From the IMG/VR virus record IMGVR_UViG_2609460053_000008: a stretch of DNA of 43,294 nt. One strand, 5' to 3'. The stretch comes from a virus. Taxonomy: Duplodnaviria; Heunggongvirae; Uroviricota; Caudoviricetes. The position numbers and the translations under genes were made by a program. Positions 28,431 through 38,405 of this stretch are shown here, piece by piece. The stretch's first letter is position 1; each line of letters begins with the position of its first letter. The notes below the pieces were generated by a model. It saw nothing but the letters and a program-made list of their open reading frames with translations. It did no database searches and was not told the origin of the DNA.

Positions 28431-28968
28431 CACCAGCACAGAGCGCGGATGGCTGATACCAACCAGTGGCGATCCGGATTATGACGAAGCGCTCGACAGG
28501 CTGTTAAGCAAGTGGATGCGTAACGTTTCCGGTCTGTCTGCCGGGATGGTTCGCCCGCGCTGGCAGAAAGAGCAGCCGCCACTGCTACCGGCTGAAACGA
28601 ACTGGTGTGCGTTTGGGGTTATCGGATGGTCAGGTGATGACAGTCCGGCATTCACCAGACAGACTGATGATGGCTCTCAGCTCTGGCGGCATGAAACGAT
28701 TGAGTGTATGGCTTCGTTTTATGGTCCGGCGGGGATGGTGTATGCGTCCCGGTTTCGTGACGGTATATCTGTACCGCAGAACAACGCAGCACTGAATGTG
28801 CTGGGGCTGTCTATTGGCGATTACACAGGTCTGACTCCCTTCCCTGAACTTATTAATCAGCAATGGGTCCGCCGCTACGATATGACGGTGCGTCTGCGCC
28901 GGAAGGTTGTGCGCGAGTACGGTATTAAATCGCTGGTGGAAGCACCAGTCATCTTTTTCGGAGATTAA
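28405..28968 (+). CDS. Putative tail completion protein
   Basis: Start uncertain (ATG 28405 or TTG 28420). Confidence 0.4.
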   Translation: MGEFRLSNNTSTERGWLIPTSGDPDYDEALDRLLSKWMRNVSGLSAGMVRPRWQKEQPPLLPAETNWCAFGVIGWSGDDSPAFTRQTDDGSQLWRHETIECMASFYGPAGMVYASRFRDGISVPQNNAALNVLGLSIGDYTGLTPFPELINQQWVRRYDMTVRLRRKVVREYGIKSLVEAPVIFFGD

Positions 28969-28971
28969 GCT

Positions 28972-30117
28972 ATGGCACAGGGCTTGCCTGTATCAAACGT
29001 TGTTAATGTTGATGTGATCATGTCGCCGCGTGCAGCATCAGGGCGAAATTTTGGTGCATTACTCATTCTCGGCCCGTCCACAATCATTCCGGTAAGTGAG
29101 CGCATTCGCCGTTATTCTGCCGCGGAAGATATTGGAAAAGATTTTGGCGTGGAATCACCAGAATATAAGGCTGCGCAGGTGTTTTTCTCTCAATCACCGA
29201 AACCTCAGGAGGTTTTTGTTGGTCGTTGGGTGAAAACGAAGGGAGACAGCGAACAGGCCACGCCTGAGACGCTGGAGCAGGCTGTGAATGCCATGCTCGA
29301 TTATACTTCATGGTATGGGCTGGGGATTGCAGACGATGCAGATATTCCGGATGCAGACTGGCTGAAAGTGGCTGCGGCGATCGAATCCTCTTCTGTAAGC
29401 CGTATTCTGGCGATTACGACAAGCGATGAGAAATGCCTGCAGACTGCATCCAGCGATGATTTGGCATCAAAACTGAAAACCGCCGGATATTCACGCAGTT
29501 TTATTCAGTATTCATCGGGTAATAAATACGCTGCGTTATCTGCATTTGGCCGGGCATTCACGGTTAATTTCAATGGCAGTAATACCGCGATTACGCTCAA
29601 GTTTAAGCAGGAGCCGGGTGTCGGGTATGAAACACTGACAGTCAGCCAGGCATCGGCACTTGATGCAAAAAACTGCAATGTATTCGTGTACTACCAGAAT
29701 GATACGGCTATCCTCCAGCAGGGAGTGATGGCTAACGGCGATTTCTTTGATGAACGCCACGGCCTGGACTGGTTACAGAATTATGTGCAGACCAACCTCT
29801 ATAACCTGCTTTATACCAGCACCACGAAAGTTCCCCAGACTGAAGCCGGTATTACCCGACTGTTATCAAATGTTGAAAAATCACTGGATCAGGCCGTTCA
29901 GAATGGACTGATTGCTCCGGGCGTATGGAACGGGGGCGACCTTGGTCAGTTGTCATCAGGTGACACACTGCCCAAAGGTTATTACGTATACGCCCAGCCG
30001 CTGGATGAACAGGCACAATCAGAACGTGAAGCCCGTAAGGCTCCGGTGATTCAGGCTGCAATAAAACTTGCAGGCGCGGTTCATTACGCTGACGTACAGA
30101 TTAACGTTGTTCGCTAA
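28972..30117 (+). CDS. Tail sheath protein (putative)
   Basis: 381 aa immediately upstream of a 146-aa tube-like gene, chaperone pair and tape measure. Confidence 0.55.
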   Translation: MAQGLPVSNVVNVDVIMSPRAASGRNFGALLILGPSTIIPVSERIRRYSAAEDIGKDFGVESPEYKAAQVFFSQSPKPQEVFVGRWVKTKGDSEQATPETLEQAVNAMLDYTSWYGLGIADDADIPDADWLKVAAAIESSSVSRILAITTSDEKCLQTASSDDLASKLKTAGYSRSFIQYSSGNKYAALSAFGRAFTVNFNGSNTAITLKFKQEPGVGYETLTVSQASALDAKNCNVFVYYQNDTAILQQGVMANGDFFDERHGLDWLQNYVQTNLYNLLYTSTTKVPQTEAGITRLLSNVEKSLDQAVQNGLIAPGVWNGGDLGQLSSGDTLPKGYYVYAQPLDEQAQSEREARKAPVIQAAIKLAGAVHYADVQINVVR

Positions 30118-30127
30118 GGGGAAGTGA

Positions 30128-30568
30128 ATGTCTACCTATTCTTTTATGGATGTCACTGCGACGCTGACCGGGCCGACCGGTTCGATTGACCTCGGGTACG
30201 GTTCGGCAAGTTCTGAAGAGGGGATTGTGGTTGCGATGGGCGGTCCTAAAAACACCATGACCATCGGTGCTGATGGCGAAGTGATGCACAGTCTCCATGC
30301 AGATAAAAGCGGGACGATTACCGTTAACCTTCTGAAGACATCACCGACAAATAAAAAATTGTCGCTGGCGTATAACGCACAGAGCCAGTCTTCTGCCACA
30401 TGGGGGAATAACGTTATCGTGATCCGCAACAAGGTCAGCGGCGACATCATCACGGCACGCAGTGTTGCGTTCCAGAAACAACCGGATAACGCCAACGCTA
30501 AAACCGGTAATACGATGCCGTGGGTGTTTGACTGCGGCAAGATTGACCAGGTTCTCGGGGAGTTTTAA
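30128..30568 (+). CDS. Tail tube protein (putative)
   Basis: 146 aa between sheath and chaperone genes. Confidence 0.5.
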   Translation: MSTYSFMDVTATLTGPTGSIDLGYGSASSEEGIVVAMGGPKNTMTIGADGEVMHSLHADKSGTITVNLLKTSPTNKKLSLAYNAQSQSSATWGNNVIVIRNKVSGDIITARSVAFQKQPDNANAKTGNTMPWVFDCGKIDQVLGEF

Positions 30569-30571
30569 TAC

Positions 30572-31024
30572 ATGGAATTCGAAATCAAAGGCGTGAAATA
30601 TCGCGTGGCAAAACTCAGCGTTTTTGACCAGCTGAAAGTGACCCGCAAACTTCTGCCGGTACTGGCAGGAATGATGTCAGATTTCGGGAGCATTCGCTCC
30701 CGTTTGCCTGCTGACGGCAAAATCGACACCGTGAAATTCGAGCAGTTAAAACCGGTGTTTGAAACCATGCTCCCGCGTATCGCTGAGGAACTGTCTTCCC
30801 TGACCGAAGATGACACCGATGCGATTATTCATCCCTGTCTTGCGGTGGTGTCGCGGCGTCATATGGATGGATGGGTGCCGGTATTTACCCAGGGCGAACT
30901 GATGTTTGATGATATTGACTTGCTGGTCATGCTTCATCTGGTGGCGCGGGTGGTCGCCGATTCGCTGGGAAATTTTTTGCCTACACCCCTTACCAGCACG
31001 ACACAGAGCCTGCAACAGGGCTGA
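30572..31024 (+). CDS. Tail assembly chaperone (zero-frame product)
   Basis: 150 aa upstream of tape measure; slippery heptamer A_AAT_TTT at 30970-30976. Confidence 0.55.
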   Translation: MEFEIKGVKYRVAKLSVFDQLKVTRKLLPVLAGMMSDFGSIRSRLPADGKIDTVKFEQLKPVFETMLPRIAEELSSLTEDDTDAIIHPCLAVVSRRHMDGWVPVFTQGELMFDDIDLLVMLHLVARVVADSLGNFLPTPLTSTTQSLQQG

Positions 31025-31212
31025 CGTTTAACAGCCTGCCGGACGGGCTGTCCTACCTTCTCAATCCGGTTGACGCCGGGTTAATTCCCTATACAGCACT
31101 TAAAGATGGCTCTGTCGATTTGTATGACATTGCTCTCTTGAATGACCATCTGGCGGTAAAAGCGGATAACCAGCGGCGCATTGAGAAATGGAGAGAGGAT
31201 AATGAACGCTGA
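30572..31212 (+). other. Predicted -1 frameshift fusion product of the tail assembly chaperone
   Basis: -1 frame is open from the slippery site to TGA at 31210-31212, overlapping the tape measure start. Confidence 0.5.
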
Positions 31213-33187
31213 AACTATTAAAGATTTCCTCGTCTCGCTTGGCTTCAGTGTGGATGATGCAGGAGCGAAAAAGTTCGGTTCTGTCCTCGCCGGTACAACT
31301 GCAAATGTCATCAAAATGGGGCTGGCTGTTGAAGGAGCTGCGCTGTCCGTGGTGGCCTTCACGGCTAAGATCGCCTCCGGCCTGGATAATCTTTACTGGG
31401 CGTCACAGCGCACCGGTGCGACGGTCCAGGGAATTCAGTCTATTGGCTATGCGGTTTCGCAGGTTGGCGGCAGCGTGGACGCTGCGCGATCTTCTCTGGA
31501 AAGCCTCTCCCGGTTTATTCGTAACAATCCCGGGGCGGAAGGCTTCCTGAATCGCCTTGGTGTACAGACCCGTGACGCCAGCGGCAACATGCGTGACATG
31601 GCCGCTATTTTTACAGGTGTAGGCCAGAAGCTCAGCGGTATGCCGTATTACCGGGCTAACCAGTATGCGCAGATGCTGGGCATTGACGAAAATACCCTGA
31701 TGGCCATGCGTCGTGGTGTGGGGCAGTTCAGCGCTCAGTATTCAGAAATGGTGAAAGCGATCGGATTTAATGCCGATCAGGCTGCCTTATCGTCAAACCG
31801 GTTTATGACCTCGCTGAAATCGCTCGGTGAAATGGCCGGGATGGCGCGGGACAAAATCGGATCGAATCTTGCGGACGGACTGGCGGGGCAGATTGATAAC
31901 CTGCGCAAAAAGATAATTGAAAATTTTCCCAAAATTGAAGTCACCATCACAAAGGTCATAAAGGGGATCCTCTGGCTGGGTGAGATAGTCGGGCGGGTAG
32001 CATTTCGGATAGTCGATGGTGTCGGAGATATCATCGAGTGGTGGGGGAAACTGGATGCCGAAACGAAAACCCTGATAGAGGTTATCGGCGGTCTGGTTGT
32101 CGCCATGCGGATACTTAACTCTACTTTCTGGATGTCACCTATAGGGCTGATTACCGGTCTGATCGTGGCTCTCGGTCTCTTGTGGGAAGACTACAAAACA
32201 TGGAAAGAAGGCGGTAACAGTCTTATCGACTGGGAAAAATGGCAACCGGCAATAGATAAAGCGAAGGATGCGATCACCTGGCTTCGTGATCACCTTCTGG
32301 AACTAAAAGATGGTGTTGGCGGCTGGCAAAATGCACTGGAAATCCTCGGTACATTCATCGCGGGTGTCTGGGTATCCAAGGTTCTGGGGGCTTTCGGGAA
32401 AATATCTGGTTTGCCGGTACCGCCATGGTTAAAAGGCTGGATGGCTTATGCTGCTTATTTGTACTCCGATCGCGAAAATATTGGTGCCAGTGCGAAATCA
32501 TCCTGGGATTACACGAAACAAAATATTGGAGATTCATTGCGCTGGCTTGGCATTGATACCGATTTTGGTCGTAATCCTCATACCGTAAAAGGCGCAAATA
32601 TTCAGTCAGATATTCCAGGTGCTGAGCCGGAACAACATGCACAGGCTACGAAGCGAGGAGAACGGAATAACAATCCGGGAAACCTTAATTTTGCTGGTCA
32701 GGCGGGGGCTTCTCTTGAACGACCGGGCGGGCGATTTGCCAGATTTGAAACTGCTTTTGATGGATTACGGGCTCTTGCTCGTCAGTTAATGCTGTACGCC
32801 GGACGGGGAATAAACAGTGTGGAGAAAATTATCTCTACCTGGGCACCTGCGTCTGATAATAACAACACAACCGCGTATATCAGGGCTGTATCGCAACGAC
32901 TGGGAGTGGATCCCCGGGCTGCCCTGAATATGAGCGATCCGCAAACCATGTCAGCATTGATGAGCAGCATTATCCAGCATGAGAATGGAAGAAATATCTA
33001 TTCTCGAGAGCTGATTAATAAGGCTGCCGTGGCGGGAATTAGTGGCAAAGTGACAGAGGTTAACCAGCAAAATACCTACCACATTTACGGTGGCGGAGAT
33101 CCGCACGCTGTCGGTAATGAGGTTGCACGTCGGCAACAGTCTGCAAATGCTCAGGTCATGCGAAGTAATCAGGTGAGGGTGGGTTAG
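31202..33187 (+). CDS. Tail tape measure protein
   Basis: 662 aa with hydrophobic central segments; GGAGAGAGGA RBS; follows chaperone pair. Confidence 0.8.
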   Translation: MNAETIKDFLVSLGFSVDDAGAKKFGSVLAGTTANVIKMGLAVEGAALSVVAFTAKIASGLDNLYWASQRTGATVQGIQSIGYAVSQVGGSVDAARSSLESLSRFIRNNPGAEGFLNRLGVQTRDASGNMRDMAAIFTGVGQKLSGMPYYRANQYAQMLGIDENTLMAMRRGVGQFSAQYSEMVKAIGFNADQAALSSNRFMTSLKSLGEMAGMARDKIGSNLADGLAGQIDNLRKKIIENFPKIEVTITKVIKGILWLGEIVGRVAFRIVDGVGDIIEWWGKLDAETKTLIEVIGGLVVAMRILNSTFWMSPIGLITGLIVALGLLWEDYKTWKEGGNSLIDWEKWQPAIDKAKDAITWLRDHLLELKDGVGGWQNALEILGTFIAGVWVSKVLGAFGKISGLPVPPWLKGWMAYAAYLYSDRENIGASAKSSWDYTKQNIGDSLRWLGIDTDFGRNPHTVKGANIQSDIPGAEPEQHAQATKRGERNNNPGNLNFAGQAGASLERPGGRFARFETAFDGLRALARQLMLYAGRGINSVEKIISTWAPASDNNNTTAYIRAVSQRLGVDPRAALNMSDPQTMSALMSSIIQHENGRNIYSRELINKAAVAGISGKVTEVNQQNTYHIYGGGDPHAVGNEVARRQQSANAQVMRSNQVRVG

Positions 33188-33774
33188 TGGATATTCTCTC
33201 TACACTTTTTCATCAGCAGAGCAGAAAAATAGGAATGATTGTTCCCAGTGTTGTTATTTCAGAGAAGCATACAGATATGCTTGAAATAACAGAGCATCCG
33301 GTAGAGGTCGGGGCCGCTGTCGCTGATCATGCCTATAAAAAACCGTCAGAAGTGGTGATGGAGGTTGGTTTCGCCGGTGGCGGCGCATTGCTGGATTTTG
33401 CCAGTAACCTGACGGCTACCAGCCTGCTCGGCCTGAGTCCTCAGCAGACGTATCAGGAGCTACTGGATCTGCAGGAAAGCCGTATCCCCTTCGATGTGGT
33501 AACCGGTAAACGGCTGTACAGCAACATGTTGATCCGGGCGCTGGAAGTGACGACGGACAAGACAACCGAAAACGTCCTGTCCGCCGTCCTCACCCTGAGG
33601 GAGGTCATTATCTCCCGGACACAGCAGATTACCGTCGCGGATAAAACCAACATGAAGGAAGGGGCCAGCACGTCGGCGGTACAGAACAGCGGCAACAAAA
33701 CCACAAAACCTCCAGATACTTCACTGCTGAAAAGCATCACGGGTAACGTGGCGTCATTACTGGGGGGCGGCTAA
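33187..33774 (+). CDS. Tail/baseplate protein (GTG start)
   Basis: 195 aa; GAGGGTGGG RBS; translationally coupled (TAGTG). Confidence 0.45.
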   Translation: MDILSTLFHQQSRKIGMIVPSVVISEKHTDMLEITEHPVEVGAAVADHAYKKPSEVVMEVGFAGGGALLDFASNLTATSLLGLSPQQTYQELLDLQESRIPFDVVTGKRLYSNMLIRALEVTTDKTTENVLSAVLTLREVIISRTQQITVADKTNMKEGASTSAVQNSGNKTTKPPDTSLLKSITGNVASLLGGG

Positions 33775-34076
33775 TGACAATTCAGGAAATTCCGCTGACA
33801 GCGGACAACCAGCAGTTCAGCATCGTCCTGGGTGGTGTCACTTGGCGGATTAGCATCATATGGCGCGATCTGTACTGGATTATGGACCTGCAGAACGACA
33901 GAGGGGAGCCGGTAATCTCCGGTATTCCTCTTGTCACTGGTGCTGACCTGCTGGCGCAGTACGCCTGTATGGGGCTTGGTTTTAAGCTGGTGGTGGTCTG
34001 TGATGACAACACACAGGATTACCCCACAAAAACTGACCTGGGCGGTCGCAGCCATTTACTGGTATCAACGGAGTAA
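33774..34076 (+). CDS. Small tail/baseplate protein
   Basis: 100 aa ORF, ATG overlaps upstream stop. Confidence 0.45.
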   Translation: MTIQEIPLTADNQQFSIVLGGVTWRISIIWRDLYWIMDLQNDRGEPVISGIPLVTGADLLAQYACMGLGFKLVVVCDDNTQDYPTKTDLGGRSHLLVSTE

Positions 34077-34078
34077 GC

Positions 34079-35143
34079 ATGTCACAGAACTGGATGAGAC
34101 ATTTCGAGCTGCAGCTTGTGGACGGGAACGGTCAGGGAATTGAGCTAAGTGATTTTAAAGTCACCTTTACGATCGACTGGTTCAACATCAGCAGCGCGTC
34201 CCGGGTAGGGACTATCAAAATTTATAACCTCTCGGCAGATACTGTGAACCGAATTACCGGGCAGGAGTTTTCGAAAGTGCGTCTGATTGCGGGTTACGAC
34301 GGTATCGCGCCGGAGGTGTCGGCAAGCGACGTCGGGACAGTGCGGGAAGTTGACGCGGCGGACGTGGGCCAGAGTGATGGTCGCAACTACGGACTGATTT
34401 TCAGCGGTGAAATTCGCTACTCGGTCACAGGAAAAGACAGTCTGGTTGATTCCTACGTCCTGATTCAGGCAGCCGATACTGATCTGGCTTTTGCCACCAG
34501 TATAACCTCACAGACGCTGGCTGCCGGTTACACGGTCGCTGATGTAAACCGTGCGCTGATGAAAGACTTCGAAGCCAAAGGCGCGACCGAAGGCCTGACG
34601 CCTGAAATGCCTGCTACTGTATTCCCCCGGGGGCGGGTACTCTTTGGCATGACGCGGCATCTAATGGATAACGTAGCCGGGCAATGTGGCGCAACATGGC
34701 AATTCGTGGATGGTCAGCGCCAGATGGTGGCGAATAACGAATATGTTCATGAAGCGATTGTGCTCAACAGCGCTACCGGGCTTATTGGCATGCCGCAGCA
34801 GACTATCGGTAACGGCGTAAACGTCCGCGCGCTTATTAATCCGAACATCCGGGTTAATGGACTCATTCAGCTGGATCAGGCTTCAGTGTATCGTACCGCG
34901 TTGTCGAACAACGATATTGCGATGGCTGGTGGTCAGATCACCGACCAGAACACGGATGGAAATATCACGCTAAGCGGCACCACATCGCAGCCTGCCAGCA
35001 TCGCAACGGATGGCGTTTATATTGTGCGCGGGATTATGTACACTGGCGACACAAGGGGCCAGGCGTGGTACATGGATATGATGTGCGAAGCGCGCGGTGC
35101 GCAGGATATGCCATCCAGCACTGCTTTGCAGAGAGGATTATAG
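34079..35143 (+). CDS. Baseplate hub-like protein
   Basis: 354 aa following tape measure and small tail proteins. Confidence 0.45.
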   Translation: MSQNWMRHFELQLVDGNGQGIELSDFKVTFTIDWFNISSASRVGTIKIYNLSADTVNRITGQEFSKVRLIAGYDGIAPEVSASDVGTVREVDAADVGQSDGRNYGLIFSGEIRYSVTGKDSLVDSYVLIQAADTDLAFATSITSQTLAAGYTVADVNRALMKDFEAKGATEGLTPEMPATVFPRGRVLFGMTRHLMDNVAGQCGATWQFVDGQRQMVANNEYVHEAIVLNSATGLIGMPQQTIGNGVNVRALINPNIRVNGLIQLDQASVYRTALSNNDIAMAGGQITDQNTDGNITLSGTTSQPASIATDGVYIVRGIMYTGDTRGQAWYMDMMCEARGAQDMPSSTALQRGL

Positions 35144-35145
35144 AA

Positions 35146-35493
35146 ATGAAACGATGGATATTTTCATTGCTGGCGTTAGTGTCTGTTGGTGTAAGTGCAA
35201 ACACCATAACGATGCAATGCGGCAACTTTCGTATGGATGCGATCCCTGACTCATTATTTAAAATCAATGGCGAAACAGTAACATCCCAAAAAGTAAAAAT
35301 GTTGGGTAAAGACGGTACAGGCATGCAGATCAAAATGGAGCTGATGCCTGCCAAAGATGGCAACAATTATGGGTTCGAGTATATCCATCGACCGGGCACT
35401 AAAACGCGTTTCCTGAACGTCCAGTTGTTGCAGAACAGCATGGACGCGCCGAAAATTATCGGCTCCTTCCCGTGTAAAAAAGTGCCTGGTTGA
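35146..35493 (+). CDS. Secreted small protein (115 aa, signal peptide), accessory gene inside baseplate operon
   Basis: MKRWIFSLLALVSVGVSA signal peptide; lower GC than neighbours; followed by a hairpin. Confidence 0.55.
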   Translation: MKRWIFSLLALVSVGVSANTITMQCGNFRMDAIPDSLFKINGETVTSQKVKMLGKDGTGMQIKMELMPAKDGNNYGFEYIHRPGTKTRFLNVQLLQNSMDAPKIIGSFPCKKVPG

Positions 35494-35505
35494 AGGCAGG
35501 CACTT
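35480..35505. terminator. Bidirectional hairpin between convergent accessory genes
   Basis: AAGTGCCTG-N8-CAGGCACTT perfect 9-bp stem, A-run upstream and T-rich downstream. Confidence 0.55.
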
Positions 35506-35512
35506 TCTTTAA

Positions 35513-35878
35513 TCATTCCTTTTTGATTTCGATTTCTTCTTTAGCCTCACTGAATAGTTTAAAAAGTTCTTCATCGGTGAGGTTGCTTGCTTCGATTTTG
35601 TAGCCGCCTTTTTTGATGATTATCTTCTTACTGTGTTTTGCTCTAATCCATGCGGCCACAACAGCAGCGACGCTATAACAAACATCTTTGTTTTGGATAA
35701 ATTCAAAAATGTATCCGAGTATCACTGATGCGGGTGAGGATGCAGAAGGCGCTGAATCACCTACCCGCGCCCTTACACCCATTTTTCTGGCTTCAGCGGG
35801 GATGATCTCCTCGATATAAGGGATCAACTCTTCCCCTACGGATTTTGAGAGGCGTACTTTGAAAACTGATTTAGTCAT
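35513..35878 (-). CDS. Hypothetical protein (121 aa) on opposite strand inside tail operon
   Basis: ORF with hydrophobic core (VAAVVAAWIRA) and Lys/Glu-rich C-terminus. Confidence 0.5.
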   Translation of the reverse strand: MTKSVFKVRLSKSVGEELIPYIEEIIPAEARKMGVRARVGDSAPSASSPASVILGYIFEFIQNKDVCYSVAAVVAAWIRAKHSKKIIIKKGGYKIEASNLTDEELFKLFSEAKEEIEIKKE

Positions 35879-36059
35879 AACCTTTGGCGGCTCCTTCCGG
35901 AAAAGAATTAATGCTATATGGTCACTGGCTGGAACTTTGTTGGCTTTGGTCTTTTATGGCGAGGCAAAAATCGTTCTTAAAAACTATTGCCATCAAGATG
36001 AGCCGAAAAAGGTGTAACACCAACACCTGATAATTTATATCCTGATATTTGATCAGTAA

Positions 36060-36081
36060 CCCGCCACCCGGCGGGTTTTTT
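36060..36081 (+). terminator. Rho-independent terminator just upstream of the resumed baseplate genes
   Basis: CCCGCC-ACCC-GGCGGG hairpin followed by TTTTTT. Confidence 0.6.
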
Positions 36082-36100
36082 GCTTTCTGGAGCCTACAAA

Positions 36101-36853
36101 ATGGCAGTATCTGACCAGACCCGCAGCGGCGACCTTGCCGAAACATTCAAATCCGAGCGGGAAACCACAAAGAACCAGATCCGCGTCGCTTTGCCTGGCA
36201 TCGTTCAGTCATTCGATCCTGACGCGGTGACGGCGGTTGTGCAGCCTGCTATTCGTTCGGTTGAAACCGACAACGACGGCAACCGCGTAACCAAAAATTA
36301 CCCGCTGCTGGTGGATGTGCCGGTGGTATTTCCGCGCGGCGGCGGCTGCACGTTAACTTTCCCGGTAAAAGCCGGCGATGAATGCCTGGTGATTTTTGCC
36401 GATCGTTGTATTGATTTCTGGTGGCAGAACGGCGGGATACAGGAGCCTGTTGATGACAGAATGCATGATTTATCGGATGCGTTTTGTATTGTCGGTCCCC
36501 AGTCGCAGGCAAGGAAGATTAGCGGTATTAATACCAGTGCCACACAGTTGCGTAGTGATGACGGCAGCACCTATTTTGAGCTTAATCCTGATACCAGGAA
36601 AATTAAAATTGTCGCTCCGGGGGGCCTTGATGTGGTTGCCCCTCTGGCTGATTTTTCTGAGAAAGTAACCATTCATGGCCTGTTAACCTGGATGGGAGGC
36701 ATGGTGGGGTCTGTTGTTTCTGGTGTGGCTTCAAAAATCACTGGTGCTGTTGAGTTTTTGGGTAGCGTGAAGGCTAACGGCAAGCCAATCGATGATACGC
36801 ACACTCATGGTGGTGTTCAGCGCGGTGGAAGCAATACCGACGGAGTAAACTGA
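36101..36853 (+). CDS. Baseplate spike / V-like protein
   Basis: 250 aa, GGAG RBS, Gly-rich C-terminus; upstream of W/J/I-like genes. Confidence 0.5.
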   Translation: MAVSDQTRSGDLAETFKSERETTKNQIRVALPGIVQSFDPDAVTAVVQPAIRSVETDNDGNRVTKNYPLLVDVPVVFPRGGGCTLTFPVKAGDECLVIFADRCIDFWWQNGGIQEPVDDRMHDLSDAFCIVGPQSQARKISGINTSATQLRSDDGSTYFELNPDTRKIKIVAPGGLDVVAPLADFSEKVTIHGLLTWMGGMVGSVVSGVASKITGAVEFLGSVKANGKPIDDTHTHGGVQRGGSNTDGVN

Positions 36854-37206
36854 TGCGATACAGACGTGAAGACGCCGATGGCGATTACACCTTTGGCAGC
36901 GGTGATGACACCTGGCTGATTAACTCGCCTGAGGCCGTAGCACAGGCTGTGAAAACGCGATTCGAATTGTGGTATGGGCAATGGTTTCTCGACACCACCG
37001 AAGGGACTCCGTGGATCCAGTCCGTGCTCGGTAAGCAGAAGCCGGAAACCTACAACCTGGCGATCCGTAAGCGCATCCTCGAAACGCGGGGCGTTAAATC
37101 AATCCTCTCTTTCAATACGACAGTGGATACCACGACCCGACGTGTCATGTTTTCCGCTGAAATCGACACTCTTTATGGAATAACGACTGTTACATCGGAG
37201 GCGTAA
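36853..37206 (+). CDS. Baseplate protein, gp25/W-like
   Basis: 117 aa directly upstream of the J-like gene, coupled start. Confidence 0.5.
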   Translation: MRYRREDADGDYTFGSGDDTWLINSPEAVAQAVKTRFELWYGQWFLDTTEGTPWIQSVLGKQKPETYNLAIRKRILETRGVKSILSFNTTVDTTTRRVMFSAEIDTLYGITTVTSEA

Positions 37207-38405
37207 TGGCTCTGAACCTTGATTCTCTCGGTTTATCTGCAAAGGTAACTGCGGAGGGGATCAGTGCGCCTGATTATCAGACGATACTCAGCACCCTGAT
37301 TAGCTATTTTCAGCAGATTTATGGCAGTGATGCCTACCTCGAACCGGACAGCAAAGACGGCCAGATGGTGGCTCTGATGGCGCTGGCGATTCATGATGCC
37401 AATAATATGGCGATAACTGTCTACAACTGTTTTTCACCGGCAACCGGCTATGGGGCTGCACTGACCAGTAACGTGAAAATAAATGGTATTTCACGTAAAG
37501 GCGCGACGAACTCTACGGTTGATTTGCTTCTTACAGGAGCTGCCGGAACAACCATCATTAATGGCAGCGTGAAAGACAGTAATAATGTGATATGGCGTTT
37601 GCCTGCTTCAGTGGTGGTCGGCGTGGATGGTACAGTGATGGCGACCGCAACATGTTCCGTCAGTGGTGCAGTGGCGGCGCTGGCTGGAACTATCACTGAA
37701 ATTAATACGCCAACCCGTGGCTGGGTTTCGGTAACTAATCCTGCTGTGGCTACTGTGGGCACTCCGGCAGAAACTGACGCGGAGTTACGTATCCGCCAGT
37801 CGCAAAGTGTTGCGTTGCCATCAATAACCCCATTTGAAGCACTGGATGGTGCTGTTTCTAATGTTACCGGTGTAACCCGCCACAAACTCTATGAAAACGA
37901 TACTGGTTCGGAGGACGGTAACGGGTTACCGCCACACTCTGTTGCTGTAATTGTGGATGGCGGTGATGTGACGGATATTGCTCAGGCTATCAGAGGAAAT
38001 AAAGGCCAGGGGACAGCCACTCACGGTACAACATCCGTTACAGTTCCGGATAAATACGGCAATCCCCATGTAATCAAATTCTCGCGTTCCAGTGATGTGC
38101 CTGTTTATGCCCGGATCAAATTAAAAGTTTTTACGGGTTATACCTCACAGATAGGGCAGCAGATCCAGCAGGCTATTTCCGACTATATCAATAGTCTGAT
38201 GATTGGTGATTCGGTCCTTTTAAGTCGCATTTACTCACCGGCGAATCTTGGCGTGGTGAGTGGCGGGAATGCACGCTATTACGATATTCAGGAACTGACG
38301 ATTGGGAAATCCCCGGGGGCTTTGTCGTCATCAAACATTGATATCAGATACAACGAATCTGCGTCCTGTACCCCGGAAAATATCGTTATAACGGTGGAGT
38401 CATGA
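37206..38405 (+). CDS. Baseplate J-like protein
   Basis: 399 aa; size and position typical of baseplate J. Confidence 0.65.
   Translation: MALNLDSLGLSAKVTAEGISAPDYQTILSTLISYFQQIYGSDAYLEPDSKDGQMVALMALAIHDANNMAITVYNCFSPATGYGAALTSNVKINGISRKGATNSTVDLLLTGAAGTTIINGSVKDSNNVIWRLPASVVVGVDGTVMATATCSVSGAVAALAGTITEINTPTRGWVSVTNPAVATVGTPAETDAELRIRQSQSVALPSITPFEALDGAVSNVTGVTRHKLYENDTGSEDGNGLPPHSVAVIVDGGDVTDIAQAIRGNKGQGTATHGTTSVTVPDKYGNPHVIKFSRSSDVPVYARIKLKVFTGYTSQIGQQIQQAISDYINSLMIGDSVLLSRIYSPANLGVVSGGNARYYDIQELTIGKSPGALSSSNIDIRYNESASCTPENIVITVES

Noticed and set aside
37448-37885. 145-aa minus-strand ORF within the baseplate J-like gene
   Set aside because: Antisense shadow ORF with a Thr/Ala/Pro low-complexity product.
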